Below, one piece after another: positions 44,990 through 53,561 of a DNA stretch of 58,524 bases (positions are counted from its first letter, which is position 1; every line of letters starts with the position of its first letter). Source of the stretch: Chloroflexota bacterium (GTDB taxonomy: Bacteria; Chloroflexota; Limnocylindria; P2-11E); NCBI GenBank assembly GCA_005889445.1, contig VBGS01000095.1:1-58524 (forward strand), given 5' to 3'. The notes beneath the pieces are model-generated. The model was not told where the DNA came from. It was given only the letters and a program-made list of their open reading frames with translations, and did no database searches. Position numbers and translations under genes: made by a program.

Positions 44990-45346
44990 GTGCGCTTCGC
45001 GCTCGCCGTCGTCGGTGGCGCGATCGTGCAGCTCGTCCCGTATCTTCGCGCGGACACCCCGGCGCTCCTCGCGATCGCGTACCTCTTGTTCGCCGCGCTC
45101 GGCGCGGGCTTCTTCGCGGGACACCGACCCTGGCTCGCGGGCGCGCTGTCGGTGCTGCTTGGAGCCGCGCTCTATGGCGTCGTGAGCCAGCTCGGCTACC
45201 GGACCGAGGGTGGCACCACACTCGGCGACTTCTTCACCGCGGAGACCGGGCTCGTCCTCGGCATCGTCCCGTACGCGTTCTTCGGCGCGCTCGCCGGGAT
45301 CGCCGGCGGTTGGCTCCGCGCCAGAGCCGTCGGAGCGGCTCGGTGA
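44990..45346 (+). CDS. integral membrane protein
   Basis: GTG 1 nt after the peptidase stop. 118 aa with four hydrophobic helices. Confidence 0.45.
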   Translation: MRFALAVVGGAIVQLVPYLRADTPALLAIAYLLFAALGAGFFAGHRPWLAGALSVLLGAALYGVVSQLGYRTEGGTTLGDFFTAETGLVLGIVPYAFFGALAGIAGGWLRARAVGAAR

Positions 45347-45723
45347 GCTGGCCGCGTCTCTTCGGCGCGATCCTCGCGAGCGCGATCGGCCTCGCGTTCT
45401 GGTGGGCGCTCACCGAGCCCCTGCCGGTCCCGCCCGCGATCCTCCTCGGCGTCCCCGCGGCGATCCTCGTCTGCACGGGGATCGTCGCCGGCAACGGCGG
45501 CGCGATCGCAGCCCCGGTGGCGCTCCTCTTCTCGCTCTTCATCGGAAGCATCTTCGCGACGCAGCTCCATCAGGCCTTCCGGCCGCAGTCGCCGCCGATC
45601 GAGGAATTCAACCCGCTCGTCTCGCTTCACTTCCCCGAGGTGCTCGGGCCGCTCGCGCTCGCGATCGTGATCGGCGCGGCCGCCGGTTGGCTCGGCGAGC
45701 GGATGCTCCCGACGCGCTCCTAA
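45343..45723 (+). CDS. integral membrane protein
   Basis: GTGA overlap with the preceding ORF. 126 aa and hydrophobic. Its stop codon overlaps the convergent nuoN stop (CTAA at 45720-45723). Confidence 0.45.
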   Translation: MSWPRLFGAILASAIGLAFWWALTEPLPVPPAILLGVPAAILVCTGIVAGNGGAIAAPVALLFSLFIGSIFATQLHQAFRPQSPPIEEFNPLVSLHFPEVLGPLALAIVIGAAAGWLGERMLPTRS

Positions 45724-47168
45724 TGGATCAGCGGCGCCGCCGCGCGTAGCGCCCACTCGTAGAGCGAATTCGGCAGGATCCCAAGCGCGATCACCGCGAG
45801 CGAGGCGAGCCCGAGGCTCGCCGATAGGCCGCGCGCGCTGATGATCCGGGGCACTGCGCCCTCGGGCTCGTACATGTACATGTGCACGACCACGCGCAGG
45901 TAGTAGAACGCCGCCAGCACCGCGTTGAGCGCGATGACCACGGCGAGCCAGGCGAGCCCCGCGTCGAGCACAGGCTGGATGACGATGAACTTCGCGACGA
46001 AGCCCACCGTGGGCGGGATGCCGGTGAGCGAGATGAGGAAGATCGCGAACGCGAGCGCACCGACCGGCTCGCGCCGGCCGAACCCGTTGAGCTCGTCGAG
46101 CGTTGCGCCGCGGGTCCCGTCTAGATCGAGGTACAGCAGACACGCGAAGGCCCCGAGGTTCATGAGCCCGTAGGCGAACAGATAGAACAGGACAGCCGCA
46201 CTGGCGCTCGGGCCCGCCTTCGCCGCCGCCACGGCTGCGAGGATGTATCCGGTGTGCGCGATGCTCGAGTACGCGAGCATCCGCTTCGTGTTCGTCTGCG
46301 CGAGAGCGACGATGTTGCCGCCGGTCATGGTGAGGGCCGCGAGGATGGCGAGGACGGCGCTCCAGTCGACGCCGAGCGGCCCGAGCGCGCCGACCAGCAG
46401 TCGCAGGATCGCGGCGAAGGCCGCCGCTTTCGGGCCGACGGACATGAAGGCCGTCGCCGGCGTCGGGGCTCCGTCATACGCATCGGGGGTCCACTGGTGG
46501 AACGGGACGACTGCCGCCTTGAACCCGAGCCCGACGGTGACGAGAGCGAGCGCGACGATCGTCGGACCGTTCGCGATGCCCTGCGTCGCGAGCACTCCCG
46601 CGATCGTGGCGAAGTCGGTCGCATGGGTGACCCCATACAGCCAGACGAAGCCGTAGAGCAGGAGCGCCGAGCTGAACGCGCCGAGGAGGAAGTACTTGAG
46701 GGCGGCCTCGTTCGCGTAGCGATCCGTCCGCTGGATGCCCGCGAGGACGTAGATCGGGATGGTCATCGTCTCGAGACCAACGAACAGGGTGATCAGATCG
46801 GACGACAGCGCGATGGTCATCGCGCCGACGGTCGAGAAGCAGATGATCGCGTAGTACTCGCCGGCGGGAACCCTGCGGCGCGCGAGATATGCGGGCGAGA
46901 CGAGCGCCGCGAAGACCGCGAGCAGGATGAAGATCGCGCGGAAGAACGTCGTGAACGCGTCGATCGTGACGAACCCACGGAAGTACTGACCCGGGGCGAC
47001 CGCGCCGAAGACGCTCGCGAAGGCCACCAGCAGGCCGGCGACGGTGATGATGGCGAGGATCGCGCCCTGGCGGCGCTCGCCGAGCGTCGCGCCGGCGACG
47101 AGAACGATCATCGCGACGACCGTCACGATGATCTCTGGGTAGACCGCGGCGATGTCGCTCGGATTCAT
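45720..47168 (-). CDS. nuoN: NADH-quinone oxidoreductase subunit N
   Basis: MNPSDIAAVYPEIIV...LFVGLETMTIPIYVLAG...KYFLLGAFSSALLLYG.... 482 aa from ATG 47168. Confidence 0.9.
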   Translation of the reverse strand: MNPSDIAAVYPEIIVTVVAMIVLVAGATLGERRQGAILAIITVAGLLVAFASVFGAVAPGQYFRGFVTIDAFTTFFRAIFILLAVFAALVSPAYLARRRVPAGEYYAIICFSTVGAMTIALSSDLITLFVGLETMTIPIYVLAGIQRTDRYANEAALKYFLLGAFSSALLLYGFVWLYGVTHATDFATIAGVLATQGIANGPTIVALALVTVGLGFKAAVVPFHQWTPDAYDGAPTPATAFMSVGPKAAAFAAILRLLVGALGPLGVDWSAVLAILAALTMTGGNIVALAQTNTKRMLAYSSIAHTGYILAAVAAAKAGPSASAAVLFYLFAYGLMNLGAFACLLYLDLDGTRGATLDELNGFGRREPVGALAFAIFLISLTGIPPTVGFVAKFIVIQPVLDAGLAWLAVVIALNAVLAAFYYLRVVVHMYMYEPEGAVPRIISARGLSASLGLASLAVIALGILPNSLYEWALRAAAPLIH

Positions 47169-47178
47169 TCGCAGGGTC

Positions 47179-48705
47179 TCACCTGGACGCCAGCAGGTGG
47201 AACGATGGATCGGTCGCGAGCCGCACGACCTGGTCGACCGACGGTTCGATGATGGCGATGAAGGGCTGCGGGAGCACACCGAGCAGCACCGTCAGCACCA
47301 GCAGCGGGACCGCGCACGCGACCTCGAGCGGGCTCAGATCCGGCAGAGCGCGGTAGGCCTCGCGCACCGGGCCGTACATCACGCGCTGGAACATCCAAAG
47401 CAGATAGACCGCCGCGAGGATCACGCCGATCGCGGCGAGCGGTCCCCAGACGAAGCCGTTCACCGGCACACCTGGAAAACGGAACGTCCCCAGGATCACC
47501 AGGAACTCGCCGATGAAACCATTGAGCCCGGGCAGACCAAGCGACGCGAGCATGAAGATCCCGAAGAACGACGTGAAGAGGGGCCACATGTTCGCGAGAC
47601 CGCCGAGGTCCGCGATCATCCGGCGGTGGGTCTTCTCGTATTGGATACCGACGAAGAGGAAGAGCGCTCCGGTGACGAAGCCGTGATTGAGCATCTGGAG
47701 CACCGCGCCGACACCGCCCTGCAGGTTCAGCACGAAGATCCCGAGCGTCACGAAGCCCATGTGGGCGACCGACGAGTACGCGACGAGCTTTTTGAGGTCC
47801 TTCTGCACCGCTGAGACGATCGCGCCATACAGGATCGCGATGACCGACAGGAGGATGAGCACCGGCAGCCAGGCCTGGACGCCGATCGGAAAGAGTGGCA
47901 GGGCGAAGCGGAGGAAGCCGTACCCGCCGGCCTTCAGCAGGACGCCCGCGAGCACGATCGAGCCCGCGGTCGGCGCCTCCACGTGCGCGTCGGGTAGCCA
48001 GGTGTGAAAGGGCACCATGGGAAGCTTGATCGCGAACGCGAGCGCGAACGCGAGGAAGACCCAGAACTGGAAGTCTCCCGAGAAGCGGCCGCGCGCCTCG
48101 ATGAGATCGGGAAGTGAGAGCGTGCGCGCGCCGGACGGGTCCGCTGAGGCGAGGTACACCGCGACGATCCCCACAAGCATGAGCAGCGATCCCGCGAGGG
48201 TGAAGAGAACGAACTTCAGGGTCGAGTAGATCCGTCGCGGCCCGCCCCAGATGCCGATGATGAGGTACATCGGGATGAGCATCAGCTCGAAGAACACATA
48301 GAAGAGGAACAGGTCGAGAGCCATGAAAACGCCGACCATCCCGACCTCGAGCAGCAGGAAGGTGGTCATGTATTCGGCGACGCGCATCTTGATGGCGCCG
48401 CCGCTCGAGTACAGGACGGCGATGAACGTCAGGAGTGTGGTCATCGGGACGAGGAGCACCGAGATCCCGTCGACCCCCAGGAAGTAGCTGATGCCCAGGC
48501 TCGGCAGCCACGGCGCCTGGTCGGTCAGTTGGAATCCGGCCTCACCGATATGAAACTGGGTGAGCATCCAGAGCGAGACCAGGAGCTCGACCGCGGTCGT
48601 CGTGATCGCGACTTGCTTGACCGCGCGGGCGTCCCGACGGAAGAGCCACAGCGGGATGAGCCCCGCGAGCGGGATGACGACCAGGAGCGAGAGCACGTGG
48701 GTCAT
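47179..48705 (-). CDS. nuoM: NADH-quinone oxidoreductase subunit M
   Basis: MTHVLSLLVVIPLAG...FYVFFELMLIPMYLIIGIWGG...HTWLPDAHVEAPTAGS.... ATGA overlap with the nuoL stop. Confidence 0.9.
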   Translation of the reverse strand: MTHVLSLLVVIPLAGLIPLWLFRRDARAVKQVAITTTAVELLVSLWMLTQFHIGEAGFQLTDQAPWLPSLGISYFLGVDGISVLLVPMTTLLTFIAVLYSSGGAIKMRVAEYMTTFLLLEVGMVGVFMALDLFLFYVFFELMLIPMYLIIGIWGGPRRIYSTLKFVLFTLAGSLLMLVGIVAVYLASADPSGARTLSLPDLIEARGRFSGDFQFWVFLAFALAFAIKLPMVPFHTWLPDAHVEAPTAGSIVLAGVLLKAGGYGFLRFALPLFPIGVQAWLPVLILLSVIAILYGAIVSAVQKDLKKLVAYSSVAHMGFVTLGIFVLNLQGGVGAVLQMLNHGFVTGALFLFVGIQYEKTHRRMIADLGGLANMWPLFTSFFGIFMLASLGLPGLNGFIGEFLVILGTFRFPGVPVNGFVWGPLAAIGVILAAVYLLWMFQRVMYGPVREAYRALPDLSPLEVACAVPLLVLTVLLGVLPQPFIAIIEPSVDQVVRLATDPSFHLLASR

Positions 48706-50621
48706 CGGCCGAACACCCCGGCCGCGTATCCGCCGTACGCGGCGAGCACGATCAGCAGGCCAGCCACGATCGTGAGCGCATAGTTCCCGACGACCCCCGT
48801 CTGCACGCGCCGCAGGCCCGAGCCGCTCCTCGCGAGGGCCCAGCCGAGCCGATTCACGAGGCCGTCGATGATGTGGATGTCGAACGCCCACGACGCGCCG
48901 GCGAAGGCGCGCGCGGCCTCGACGACGCGATGGTCGTAGAGCTCGTCGAGGTAGTACTTGTTCACGAGGACTCGGTAATACGGGCCAGAGGCGCGGGCGA
49001 TCGCGGCGGGATCGGGCCGATGGCGCACGTACATCGATACTCCGATCGCGATGCCGACGAGGCCGGCGACGATCGAGATGGCCGCCAGCAGCACGATCGT
49101 TCCGATCGCCGGAAGGCGCTCGGCCGCGCCGGGCACCTCGACCGCGGGATTCAAGAAGCGATGGATGAAGCCCTGCTCGGGCGGGAACCCGATGGCGATG
49201 CCGAGCACGACCGTCCCCGCGGCGAGCGCGATGAGCGGCAGAGTCATCACGCTCGGTGACTCGTGCGCGTGGTCGTAGAGGTGATGGTCGCGCGGCTCGC
49301 CATAGAACGTCATCCAGAGGGCCCGCGTCACGTAGAACGCGGTGAGGACCGCGGTGGTGATGCCGACCGCATAGAGAAGGAAGTGCCCGCTCACGAAGGC
49401 CGCGCTGACGATCTCGTCCTTCGACCAGAAGCCCGCTAGCGGCGGCAGCGCCGCGAGTGCGCCTCCGGCGACGAGCATCGTCCAGAAGGTCACCGGCATC
49501 TTGCGGCGCAGGCCGCCCATCTTGCGCATGTCCTGCTCGTTGCCGAGGCCGTGGATCACCGACCCCGATCCGAGGAAGAGGAGTGCCTTGAAGAATGCGT
49601 GGGTCGCGAGGTGGAAGATCGCCGCGACCGGCGCCCCGACGCCGAGCGCGAGGAACATGTAGCCGAGCTGGCTCACCGTCGAGTAGGCCATCACGCGCTT
49701 GATGTCGAATTGGACCAGCGCGATCGTCGCGGCGACGATCGCCGTGAGCGCGCCGATGGTGCCGACGACCTCGAGCGATGAGCCCGCGGCCGCGAAGAGC
49801 GGCGTCGAGCGCGCGACGAGGTAGACGCCCGAGGTAACCATCGTCGCCGCGTGGATGAGGGCGGACACCGGTGTCGGGCCTTCCATCGCGTCGGGGAGCC
49901 AGGTGTAGAGCGGGATCTGCGCCGACTTCCCGGTCGCGCCGAAGAAGAGCGCTATGCAGATGAGCGTGAGCGTGCTCTGCGCGGGCGCGCTCGATCCGTC
50001 CTCGAGTCGCTTGAACACGTCGAGGAAGTTCATCGAGCCGAAGACGAGGAAGATCGCGATGATGCCGATGGTGTAGCCCCAGTCACCGATGCGGTTCATG
50101 ACGAAGGCCTTCTTGGCCGCGTAGTACGGTGCGGGACGCTCGAACCAGAAGCCGATCAGCAGATAGCTACAGAGCCCGACACCTTCCCAGCCGACGAACA
50201 TCAGGAGGTAGTTGTCGGCCATGACGAGGATGAGCATCGCGAACACGAAGAGCGAGAGCCAGGTGAAGAACCGCGGGAAGCCCGGGTCGTGCGCCATGTA
50301 GCCGTTCGAATAGACGAAGATCAGGAACGACACGACCGTGACGACGAGGAGCATCGTCGACGAGAGCGGATCGACGAGCGCCGAGACGTTGATGGTGAAG
50401 TCGCCGACGCCGATCCAGCGGTAGAGCTGCACGACGGTCTGCTGCTTGCCGCCGAGGACCTCGAGGAAGATCGCGATGGAAAGGAGCGCCGACGCGCCGA
50501 CGGCGGCTGAGGCGATCCAGCCGGTCAGATGACCGAGCCAGCGCCGGCCGAGCAGTCCGTTGACGAGGAACGCGGCCAGCGGGAAGCCTGGGATCAGCCA
50601 GACGAGCTCGATCATGCTCAC
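48702..50621 (-). CDS. nuoL: NADH-quinone oxidoreductase subunit L
   Basis: ...MFVGWEGVGLCSYLLIGFWF...SAQIPLYTWLPDAMEGPTPVSALIHAATMV.... GTGA overlap with the nuoK stop. Confidence 0.9.
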   Translation of the reverse strand: MSMIELVWLIPGFPLAAFLVNGLLGRRWLGHLTGWIASAAVGASALLSIAIFLEVLGGKQQTVVQLYRWIGVGDFTINVSALVDPLSSTMLLVVTVVSFLIFVYSNGYMAHDPGFPRFFTWLSLFVFAMLILVMADNYLLMFVGWEGVGLCSYLLIGFWFERPAPYYAAKKAFVMNRIGDWGYTIGIIAIFLVFGSMNFLDVFKRLEDGSSAPAQSTLTLICIALFFGATGKSAQIPLYTWLPDAMEGPTPVSALIHAATMVTSGVYLVARSTPLFAAAGSSLEVVGTIGALTAIVAATIALVQFDIKRVMAYSTVSQLGYMFLALGVGAPVAAIFHLATHAFFKALLFLGSGSVIHGLGNEQDMRKMGGLRRKMPVTFWTMLVAGGALAALPPLAGFWSKDEIVSAAFVSGHFLLYAVGITTAVLTAFYVTRALWMTFYGEPRDHHLYDHAHESPSVMTLPLIALAAGTVVLGIAIGFPPEQGFIHRFLNPAVEVPGAAERLPAIGTIVLLAAISIVAGLVGIAIGVSMYVRHRPDPAAIARASGPYYRVLVNKYYLDELYDHRVVEAARAFAGASWAFDIHIIDGLVNRLGWALARSGSGLRRVQTGVVGNYALTIVAGLLIVLAAYGGYAAGVFGR

Positions 50622-50926
50622 CCTCGCATCTGGTGGATCTCATCGACGTCGACGACCGGCCGGTTCCGGTAGGCCGAGAGCACGATCGCCAGGCCGACCG
50701 CGACTTCCGCGGCGGCAATGACGAACACGAACACGACGAAGACGCTGCCACGCTCGTCGATGGCGCCGTACCGGCGAGAGAAGGCGACGAGCGCGAGGTT
50801 CGCCGCGTTGAGCATGAGCTCGACGCACATGAGGATCACGACCGCGTTTCGGCGCACCAGGACGCCGGCGCAGCCGATGAAGAACAGGAACGCCGAGACC
50901 GCGATGTAGGCCCCGAGCGGGACCAT
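50618..50926 (-). CDS. nuoK: NADH-quinone oxidoreductase subunit K
   Basis: MVPLGAYIAVSAFLFFIGCAGVLVRRNAVVILMCVELMLNAANLALVAF...AAAEVAVGLAIVL. 102 aa. TGATG junction with nuoJ. Confidence 0.9.
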   Translation of the reverse strand: MVPLGAYIAVSAFLFFIGCAGVLVRRNAVVILMCVELMLNAANLALVAFSRRYGAIDERGSVFVVFVFVIAAAEVAVGLAIVLSAYRNRPVVDVDEIHQMRG

Positions 50927-51453
50927 CAGCGCCGTCGCCGCTCGTCGAACTCGTGCGTCTCGTCGCGTTTGGTCAGCACGATCGCTCCGACCATCGCCGC
51001 GAGGAGGAGGACCGAGGCGACCTCGAACGGAAAGGCGTAGTCGGTGAAGACGCTGGTCGCGAGGGCTGGCAGGTCGCCGCCACCCGGGCGCGGTGGCGGC
51101 GAGGTGAAGAAGAACGCCCAGTAGGCGACGGGTACCGCCAAGGCGAACACGAACACCGCGGCGAGCGGCGTCTGGCGCTGGAAGAACAGGCCATACGGCC
51201 GGTCGCCGTACTTGGTGAACATCACGCCGTAGAGGATCAGCACGGTGATCGCACCGACGTAGATGAGGACCTGGAACGCTGCGATCGTCTCCGCGCCGAG
51301 CAGCACGAACATGCCGGCCATGCACAGGAACGTGAGCGCCATGAGGAGCGCGGCGGCCGTGATCCGGTTGATCAGGACGACCGCCGCGCCGGCGCCGATG
51401 ACGCCGATGGAGAGCACGGCGAAGACGACGGGCTCGACGAAGTCGAAGGTCAC
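50926..51453 (-). CDS. nuoJ: NADH-quinone oxidoreductase subunit J
   Basis: GTG 51453. VTFDFVEPVVFAVLSIGVIGAGAAVV...AETIAAFQVLIYVGAITVLILYGVM...FPFEVASVLLLAAMVGA. Confidence 0.85.
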   Translation of the reverse strand: MTFDFVEPVVFAVLSIGVIGAGAAVVLINRITAAALLMALTFLCMAGMFVLLGAETIAAFQVLIYVGAITVLILYGVMFTKYGDRPYGLFFQRQTPLAAVFVFALAVPVAYWAFFFTSPPPRPGGGDLPALATSVFTDYAFPFEVASVLLLAAMVGAIVLTKRDETHEFDERRRR

Positions 51454-51461
51454 GGCACCCT

Positions 51462-52610
51462 TTAGCTCGCCGCGCGCACCGGCAGCGCCGAGCGACGCGC
51501 GCGCTCGCGCAGGCCGGCCAGGCGCCGTCGCTGGACCAGCGGCAGTCCGGCGACGAATGCGATCAGGAGGATCCAGCTCCCGATCGCCACGGGCACGCGC
51601 GTGTCCGGGAATGCGAGCGAGAGGACCGCCACGACGAGGATGTTCACGAGCGCAGCCGGAATGAGGCCCTTCCAGCAGAAGCTCATCAGCTGATCGATCC
51701 GCAGGCGCGGCAACGTCGCGCGGATCCACATGAAGACGAGGATCAGCGCGTAGACCTTGAGCGTGAACCAGACGACCCCGAGAAGCGGCAGCGCGTCGAC
51801 ACCCGGGCCCTGCCAGCCGCCGAGCCACAGCGTCGCGAGGATCCCGCACACCACCGTGACGTTCCCGTACTCGGAAAGGGCGAGCATCGTCCCCCACCGC
51901 ATACCCGAGTACTCGGTGAGCCATCCCGCGACGAGCTCAGATTCCGCCTCGGGAAGGTCGAATGGCGTGCGGTTGGTCTCCGCGAGCGCGGCGATGAAAT
52001 AGATGACGAATGAGAAGGGCAGGATGAGGACGTTCACGAGCGGCCCGGCCTGGGAACGCGTGATGTCCACCATCGAGAGCGACCCCACGACGAGTACGAC
52101 GGAGACGAGCGCGAGGATCTGCGGAATCTCGTAGGAGATGAGCTGTCCGGCTGAGCGAAGGCCGCCGACCAGGGCGTACTTGTTGTTCGATGCCCAGCCG
52201 GCGACCACGATCCCGAGCACGGTCATCGACCCGAGCGTCGTGAGGTAGAGCAGTCCGATGTTCAGGTTCGCGCCGACGATGTCGCCGGCGAAGGGGAGCA
52301 CCACCCACGACGCGAGCATCGGGCAGAAGACGAGGGCGGGAGCGGCGAGAAAGAAGTAGCTGTCGGTCCCCTTCGGGCGTACGTCCTCTTTGGCGATGAG
52401 CTTGAGCGCGTCGGCGAAGGTCTGCAGGAGACCGAACGGACCCACGTGGTACGGACCGAGCCTGTCCTGCATCATCGCCTGGATCTTCCGCTCGAGATAG
52501 ATCTGCAGCAGCGCTCCGTTCAGGATGAGGAACAGCGCGAGCGCGACGGCCACGACCAGACGCAGCGGCGCCCAGATGACCGGGTCGAGGCCGAAGGGTC
52601 CGATCGGCAC
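51462..52610 (-). CDS. nuoH: NADH-quinone oxidoreductase subunit H
   Basis: ...YLERKIQAMMQDRLGPYHVGPFGLLQTFADALKL...AETNRTPFDLPEAESELVAGW.... GTG 52610 follows a GGAGGG RBS. Confidence 0.9.
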   Translation of the reverse strand: MPIGPFGLDPVIWAPLRLVVAVALALFLILNGALLQIYLERKIQAMMQDRLGPYHVGPFGLLQTFADALKLIAKEDVRPKGTDSYFFLAAPALVFCPMLASWVVLPFAGDIVGANLNIGLLYLTTLGSMTVLGIVVAGWASNNKYALVGGLRSAGQLISYEIPQILALVSVVLVVGSLSMVDITRSQAGPLVNVLILPFSFVIYFIAALAETNRTPFDLPEAESELVAGWLTEYSGMRWGTMLALSEYGNVTVVCGILATLWLGGWQGPGVDALPLLGVVWFTLKVYALILVFMWIRATLPRLRIDQLMSFCWKGLIPAALVNILVVAVLSLAFPDTRVPVAIGSWILLIAFVAGLPLVQRRRLAGLRERARRSALPVRAAS

Positions 52611-52613
52611 CCC

Positions 52614-52980
52614 TTACCCTCCACGCGCGTCGCTGCGAGGCGGCAGGAACGATTTGCGAAGCGGATGACCGGGGAAGCTCTCCTCGAGGAAGATGCGCCG
52701 CAGGTCGGGATGGCCGTACACGAGTCGTCGTGCCGCGAACGAAGGTCACCGAGCGAAGCTCGATCCCCGTGTCGACGCCGGCGTTCACCGAGTACAGATC
52801 GCACTTCGTTCGCGGGTCGTCGCGGAAGAATGTCGCGACCGCCACGAGATTCTCGCGGTCGACATCCACGACCAGCATGTCGTGGAGAACGCTCACCTTG
52901 GCCGTGTTGCCCAGCTTCTCCGCGGCGTACGCGCGGATCAAGGGCAGGTCGATCGTCGGGCGCGGTGCCGTCAGTACCAA
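52614..52980 (-). pseudogene. nuoC: nuoC with an internal deletion and frameshift
   Basis: The N-terminal ~80 codons (from TTG 52980) read ...LVAVATFFRDDPRTKCDLYSVNAGVDTGIELRSVTFV. The C-terminal 35 codons (52721-52614, other frame) read VYGHPDLRRIFLEESFPGHPLRKSFLPPRSDARGG*. The central conserved block is absent. Confidence 0.6.
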
Positions 52981-53375
52981 TTCAGAGCGTCCTTCTTCCA
53001 CGCGTAGTAGAGGCCGACGACGAGGATGAGGATGAAGACGACCACCTCGATGAGACCGGTTACGCCGAGCGACCGGAAGAGGACGGCCCAGGGGAACAGG
53101 AAGATCACTTCGACGTCGAAGACCACGAAGAGCAGCGCAAACACATAGAAGTGCGTCGGATAACGGCCCCATGCCTGCCCGGTCGGCTCCTCGCCTGATT
53201 CATAGGTGCGGAGCTTCTCGGGCGTGGCCTTCTTCGGAGCGACCAGCCGGGCGACGGTGAGCAGCGCGGTGACAAAGAGCACGCCGACCACGAAGAACGC
53301 GAAGACGTAGACATATGACAGGCTGTAGTCGGGCACCGGAAACGTAAGCCTACGAAGGGACATGTGACCGAGCAA
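52971..53375 (-). CDS. nuoA: NADH-quinone oxidoreductase subunit A
   Basis: ...KLRTYESGEEPTGQAWGRYPTHFYVFALLFVVFDVEVIFLFPWAV.... 134 aa. ATG 53363 is an alternative start. Confidence 0.85.
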   Translation of the reverse strand: MLGHMSLRRLTFPVPDYSLSYVYVFAFFVVGVLFVTALLTVARLVAPKKATPEKLRTYESGEEPTGQAWGRYPTHFYVFALLFVVFDVEVIFLFPWAVLFRSLGVTGLIEVVVFILILVVGLYYAWKKDALNWY

Positions 53376-53427
53376 ACCGACACCGCGCCGTGACCGACGG
53401 CTTGGTTGCAGAACCCTCGTTGCGCGG

Positions 53428-53457
53428 TTGACACCTTCGTTGGGCGCGGGTTACGGT
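53428..53457 (+). promoter_or_regulatory. candidate sigma-70-type promoter for the LysM-M23 gene
   Basis: TTGACA (53428-33), 18 nt, TACGGT (53452-57). This implies a leader of ~100-200 nt, depending on which start codon is used. Confidence 0.3.
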
Positions 53458-53561
53458 GACGACCTCCCGAAGCTCAAGTACGCAATTCGTACATGTCTGC
53501 TTGTTGGGATAGCGAGCGAGCGTCGTGGTGAGAGAAGAAATCGGGGAGGGAAAGCCGGGTC

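Noticed and set aside
53411-53422. GAACCCTCGTTG, a near-match to the LexA box upstream of the LysM-M23 gene
   Set aside because: One half-site is imperfect (GTTG instead of GTTC), and it lies upstream of the -35 rather than within the promoter. This is consistent with a chance occurrence.
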